A stretch of 28,645 bases of DNA from a virus (lineage: Duplodnaviria > Caudoviricetes): IMG/VR virus record IMGVR_UViG_3300048857_000044, positions 1-28,645 of that record, one strand, 5' to 3'. A model generated the notes under the pieces. It was not told where the DNA came from and did no database searches. It saw only the letters and a list, made by a program, of their open reading frames with translations. The position numbers and the translations under genes are program-made. This document shows positions 24,661 through 28,645 of this stretch, in pieces (within the stretch, counting starts at the first letter, position 1; the number at the start of each line of letters is the position of its first letter).

Positions 24661-26351
24661 CAGATAAACACCGCGTTCGAGAGAAAGTCGCCCATATCGA
24701 TCTTGCGGGCGGCCTCGGGGTTTCGGCTCATCAGCACAACAGCGTTGAAGCTGGCGACGAGCGGGTCGATTTTGGCCTTGCCGGCCGTTTGTTTCGTGAT
24801 CAGCACGGCATTCCCGCGCTGTTCGGCCTTCGCGTTACCCACGCACCAAGCCATCATGTCTTGCCCTGCGTGCCAGAGAGTGCCGTCCTTCAGTTTCCGC
24901 TCCATACCCCAGACCGCCGACGAGAGCCGGAAGCCCTGAGGGACACCGGTCATCTGATCATCCTCGATCCCGCGGGCTGCGAGCTCGTCCACCATGGCGG
25001 CGACACCTTGAGGGTCAAAACCGATGCCATGCTTCTCGGGCAAAAGGCCTGCATCCTTGATCCGCTCCACGATATCCGCGACATCCGTCACATCCTGCGT
25101 GGGCGTCTCGCACTTGGTCAGGGCCTTGGTCGCGATAAAGTCATTCAGGCGCGGCACGATCTCCTTGCGCTGCTCAAAAACGTCGTCATGGGCCCAGGCA
25201 TGGTTCCAGAGGAGCCAGTCCCGGGTCTTCTTGCACCGTCCTATGACCGCGAGGCCGAGAAGGTCATCCAGGCCACCGCCGTCGATACCGACCACAGCCA
25301 CCTCAGACCGTTCGAGTATCTCATCGAGGGTTAGGCTCTCATCGGCTGCATTCAGCCAGTAGCGAGCGCCAGCCCAGGCATCATTCCGGAGGGCGAGACC
25401 GACCTCCACGTTGAAGTGCTGCGAGGCCAGAAGTGCCAAGGCCTCAAGGCCTTCTTCTTCCGGCTTAAGCAGTTGGTTGGCGAGGAAGGTCTCATCGACC
25501 GACTTCCCGAGGTTCGGATTGACCAGCCCCCAGGTCTTGCGGTCCTTCCAGCCATTATTCTCGATCACCTTCTCGGGCAGCTCATAGAGGATCGGCAGGA
25601 GCGGTAGTTTCAGTTGCCCGTCCCTTACCTTGCGAGCCGTCGCCAGCTCCGACTTGAACACTCCCTGCGGCGGTTCCTTGCTCTGCGTCGTCACCTGAAT
25701 GAGGAACCCATCAGGCCGAGCCGCGAGAGCACCGCGGATCTCCACGAAGATATCAGCGGCATTCGATTTCTTGGCAAAGACATGGGTCTCGTCGATCGGG
25801 ATGCCGGTCGACTTGGAGCCGGTGATGACATCCGTATCGGCCGCCTTGACCTGCAGGGTCGCGCCCGTCCGCCGATGGGTGATTGTGCGGATATGCTGCT
25901 GTCCCTGGAAGAGCTTTGCCAGTTCGCTGTCAGCCTGGATGATGCCCCAAGCCTGCTTGAAGGCGATGTCTGCGATCTGCTTGGTGGGGGCGATCAGCAG
26001 AAACTCTGCCAAAGGCCTCCGGTTGACGATCAGGGCTACGACCATGATGGCCGCCGCCCCGCTGGACTTTGAGTTCTTTTTCGGCACGAGCCAGAAAAAC
26101 TCCTGGATCATGCGGCGATGCATGGCCGGGTCGTACGATCCGAAGATGGCCGAGACGATCGGGAGCAGCCACTCCGTTCCGGCTTGCTCCATGGTCGGCT
26201 GACCGATCACATCGGGTATCTTCAGCCGGTTGAAGATACGAACCGCCCTAGCCGCCTCGTCATCAAAGAGCGGGAGATCTGGAACGAGCGTTCGCCCACC
26301 CATGATCCGCTCTTCCCAATCGAGGCAGGCGGTCGACCAATCCCTTTCCAT
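24660..26351 (-). CDS. Terminase large subunit
   Basis: VPKKNSKS Walker A, IDETH Walker B, GIDGGGLDDL and KIDP nuclease motifs. Confidence 0.96.
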   Translation of the reverse strand: MERDWSTACLDWEERIMGGRTLVPDLPLFDDEAARAVRIFNRLKIPDVIGQPTMEQAGTEWLLPIVSAIFGSYDPAMHRRMIQEFFWLVPKKNSKSSGAAAIMVVALIVNRRPLAEFLLIAPTKQIADIAFKQAWGIIQADSELAKLFQGQQHIRTITHRRTGATLQVKAADTDVITGSKSTGIPIDETHVFAKKSNAADIFVEIRGALAARPDGFLIQVTTQSKEPPQGVFKSELATARKVRDGQLKLPLLPILYELPEKVIENNGWKDRKTWGLVNPNLGKSVDETFLANQLLKPEEEGLEALALLASQHFNVEVGLALRNDAWAGARYWLNAADESLTLDEILERSEVAVVGIDGGGLDDLLGLAVIGRCKKTRDWLLWNHAWAHDDVFEQRKEIVPRLNDFIATKALTKCETPTQDVTDVADIVERIKDAGLLPEKHGIGFDPQGVAAMVDELAARGIEDDQMTGVPQGFRLSSAVWGMERKLKDGTLWHAGQDMMAWCVGNAKAEQRGNAVLITKQTAGKAKIDPLVASFNAVVLMSRNPEAARKIDMGDFLSNAVFI

Positions 26352-26908
26352 CAGTTGAATACTGCGGGCCCGCCGAGATCATCACCCCAGCCGGTCCCCT
26401 CTCCTGCACTCTGCGCCTCTTCCTGTGCCTGGGCCTTCTTGCCCGCCGGCGCGGTTGCCTCAGACAACGTCTTGAAGGCAGTCGCCAGAGCCTTGATCGT
26501 GTTGGCGCGAGCCGGCAGCTCTACGGCTTTGAGCATGGCCTTCCGGCGGCGGTCGCTTTCGTCCTGCTCGGTCTCGTCGCAGATCATTTCCTCGAGGACA
26601 CCGGCATGGGTCGTCACAGCGTCGAGCTCATCAAGCAGCCGGAGGACAAGATTGCGGCCCCGGCCGACGATGGCCTTCGGATCGGCGTTCTCAGGCGTCA
26701 GAACCGTGCGGGTCGGAGGCAGAGCCTCTGCGATTTGCACCGGTTCGCGCTGCGAACCCTTCTTCTGCCAGCCTTCGGTCTTGATTTTCTTCCGGATGGC
26801 CGTGTCCGAGATCGAATACCAGCGCGCCAGTTCGCGCAAAGACATTGATCCGGTTTCGAAATCTGCTCGAATGGCCTCCCAGTCGTTAGGCGGTTTCTTG
26901 TCACTCAT
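26351..26908 (-). CDS. Terminase small subunit
   Basis: N-terminal HTH DWEAIRADF..G.MSLRELA...IRKK...GW; C-terminal GKK...W..DL; coupled to terL. Confidence 0.85.
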   Translation of the reverse strand: MSDKKPPNDWEAIRADFETGSMSLRELARWYSISDTAIRKKIKTEGWQKKGSQREPVQIAEALPPTRTVLTPENADPKAIVGRGRNLVLRLLDELDAVTTHAGVLEEMICDETEQDESDRRRKAMLKAVELPARANTIKALATAFKTLSEATAPAGKKAQAQEEAQSAGEGTGWGDDLGGPAVFN

Positions 26909-26954
26909 GATCTTGTTCGCGGGTCAGTTCGCACCCTGCAATTTCACCAGTCAG

Positions 26955-27031
26955 GAAAAATTCTGCGAATGAGGGGGACGCGGGTGCAGCGGGTTCGAGC
27001 CATCCTAAACTTTTGCCTACCCCCCACCCCT
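26955..27031 (-). other. Putative cos packaging region
   Basis: G-run-CAAAAGT...ACCCGCGTCCCCCTCATTCGCAGAATTTTT between HNH and terS, the usual position in cos phages. Confidence 0.55.
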
Positions 27032-27253
27032 TCAGCCGACAATGAAATGGCGTTTCACTTCATCGGGCAGGGCTTCGACCTCTCGGTCTGTATTGTATAT
27101 CCATGAGGCAGACGCAGCATTGATGAGCACAGGCATGGCTTGGGCTAGTTCATATGCTGTGATGTCGGACTGCGGGCACCAGCGGACGGGCTTGGGCTGA
27201 GAGATGATGAACTTATCAACGCTGATGGTGAAGATGTCAGGCGATTGGCTCAT
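27032..27253 (-). CDS. Hypothetical protein
   Basis: ATGA overlap with the HNH stop; 73 aa. Confidence 0.55.
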   Translation of the reverse strand: MSQSPDIFTISVDKFIISQPKPVRWCPQSDITAYELAQAMPVLINAASASWIYNTDREVEALPDEVKRHFIVG

Positions 27254-27558
27254 GTCTGACCCCTTGCCCTTCGTGCTCGTGCTAGTGCCGTCTTCTTCTG
27301 GTGATGAGCATGGCACAGAAGCTCAATATTATTCGGATCCAGATCAGGGCCGCCGTCCTTACGCTCTATGATGTGGTCTGCGATGATGCGGTCTGTTGAC
27401 CCGCAGCGTGCACAGAAGGCGCCTCGCTGTCTCTTGATCCTGGCGACCAGTGAGCGCCACTCAGGGGATGAGTAGAACTGCTCTACGATCTTGGGAGGAG
27501 GCTTGAGCCTGGAAGGAGCAGAGGAGAGCCGAGGCTTGATGTTCGTTAGCTTACCCAT
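27250..27558 (-). CDS. HNH endonuclease, terminase-associated (HK97 gp74-like)
   Basis: FYSSPEWR...CARC...ADHIIERKDGG...NIELLC..HH..KT. Confidence 0.92.
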   Translation of the reverse strand: MGKLTNIKPRLSSAPSRLKPPPKIVEQFYSSPEWRSLVARIKRQRGAFCARCGSTDRIIADHIIERKDGGPDLDPNNIELLCHAHHQKKTALARARRARGQT

Positions 27559-27710
27559 TGTGCTTGGCGTCGTGCTCTCTCTGCCTTGCTTTGTGGTCTA
27601 GCGGTTTGGGCATCGCCACCATGAACAAATCGTAATGTTTGGATTAACCAGCTGTTCACTCGCGGGGGTGTCTCTGCGCGCCGGGGCTCAACTAAGAACA
27701 AGGATCACCT

Positions 27711-27971
27711 ATGACTTTTGGAAAGCTCGCGCTCGCTACTGTTGCTCTGGCTGGGTTTGTCAGCCTGAGCGGACCTGCGACACGGGCGCAACCTCTCGTA
27801 CGTATTCCGGACATTTCGTCAAAGTCGGATATCACTTTTGCTCAGTATCGCCCTGGCGATCGGCGCTTTGGACGCCCTCATAGGGAGTGCAAGTGGGACA
27901 CCGTGACCAAGCGCGTTCGGGGCAGGATCGTAAGGGAACGTGTCCAGCGCTGCTGGACAGTCCGGCGCTAA
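27711..27971 (+). CDS. Small secreted Arg-rich protein
   Basis: AGGA RBS, signal-peptide-like N-terminus, two Cys, own terminator. Confidence 0.7.
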   Translation: MTFGKLALATVALAGFVSLSGPATRAQPLVRIPDISSKSDITFAQYRPGDRRFGRPHRECKWDTVTKRVRGRIVRERVQRCWTVRR

Positions 27972-27976
27972 ACGAT

Positions 27977-28002
27977 AAGGGCTCTTCGGAGCCCTTTCTT
28001 TT
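27977..28002 (+). terminator. Rho-independent terminator
   Basis: AAGGGCTC-TTCG-GAGCCCTT followed by TCTTTT. Confidence 0.8.
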
Positions 28003-28180
28003 GAGCGACAAGCCTAGGAGGAGCAAAGGAAGGCCGATGCTTGACGTTTGTCAGCCTACCAGATGGATCCCCGATCTAGGCGTTGGCATGACCAGAAAAC
28101 GGCTAGGAACACACCATTCGCATCTAGAAACGCCCAGTTCGCAGGAGTAATTTAGTTCCTGCACCAACTGGAGCAGAGCA

Positions 28181-28429
28181 ATGCGCGCAATTCTGATCGC
28201 TGCATTTGCCTTTATGGCTACGCTTTCTGTAGATGCATCCGCGCAGAGCAGGAACAGGCAATTCTCCCCGAAGCAGGAAGCAATCAGGGAGGCCTGTCGT
28301 CAGGAAGCGAGACGGGTTCACCGTATCAGTCGTCGCAATACGAGAGCAACCGAGGCCGATGAAGCCCGCATTCGAGAATTCCGCAGAGAATATCGCAGAG
28401 AATGCATGATGCGAGCGGGCGTTCGATAG
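28181..28429 (+). CDS. Small secreted Arg-rich protein
   Basis: GGAG RBS, signal peptide ending ASA-Q, two Cys in helical charged sequence. Confidence 0.7.
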   Translation: MRAILIAAFAFMATLSVDASAQSRNRQFSPKQEAIREACRQEARRVHRISRRNTRATEADEARIREFRREYRRECMMRAGVR

Positions 28430-28472
28430 CGAGTAACGGTTCCTTGTCCTTCTGACCGTTGCTCCCAGAATC

Positions 28473-28576
28473 CGCCAGTCAGGGGATGAGTAGAACTGCT
28501 CTACGACCTTGGGCGGGCTCTTCAGCCTGGGAGGCGCAGAGGAAAGCCTGGGCTCGATGTTGGTGAGCTTACCCAT
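28473..28576 (-). pseudogene. Truncated duplicate of the HNH 5' end
   Basis: 104-bp direct repeat of 27455-27558 (about 15 mismatches by eye); MGKLTNIEPRLSSAPPRLKSPPKVVEQFYSSPDWR then diverges. Confidence 0.85.
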
Positions 28577-28645
28577 CAGGCCAGCTTGAGATCCCGGCAC
28601 ATGGCCTGCTAGTTGTCGTACTGCATCATGTAGACCTGATTGCAC

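Larger units (their letters stand above)
1..28645. mobile_element. HK97-like siphovirus prophage (late genes, lysis, accessory region, att core, integrase); continues beyond the window
   Basis: Canonical order HNH-terS-terL-portal-ClpP-capsid-head/tail-tail tube-TMP-tip-fibre-endolysin-holin on the minus strand; integrase and tRNA-derived att core at the left. Confidence 0.96.

Noticed and set aside
13962-26908. Gene transfer agent cluster
   Set aside because: Some tail genes are GTA-like, but HNH/cos packaging, ClpP protease, linked lysis genes, morons and att/integrase indicate a prophage
28124-28645. 173-aa minus-strand ORF
   Set aside because: Chimera of the HNH remnant and the antisense of a better-supported plus-strand gene

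Overview
This window is the virion-morphogenesis, lysis and att end of an HK97-like siphovirus prophage from an alphaproteobacterium. The accessory genes and GTTC-N7-GTTC LexA boxes suggest Rhizobiales, possibly Microvirga/Methylobacteriaceae (inference). The late operon runs on the minus strand: HNH, cos region, terminases, portal, ClpP, major capsid, head-tail, tail, tail fibre, endolysin and holin. After it come small accessory genes, an 18-bp tRNA 3'-end att core and a convergent tyrosine integrase. Several frameshifts indicate decay or sequence error. The standout is a transposase-free TnpB cassette with a LexA-boxed promoter and its own terminator, inserted into the first codons of the endolysin gene. 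Its predicted guide spells the ancestral endolysin start, the old start survives upstream, and the cassette supplies a recoded start. This reads as an SOS-regulated, RNA-guided homing element. A second highlight is an array of covarying two-hairpin RNA-like units, antisense within the head-tail module.
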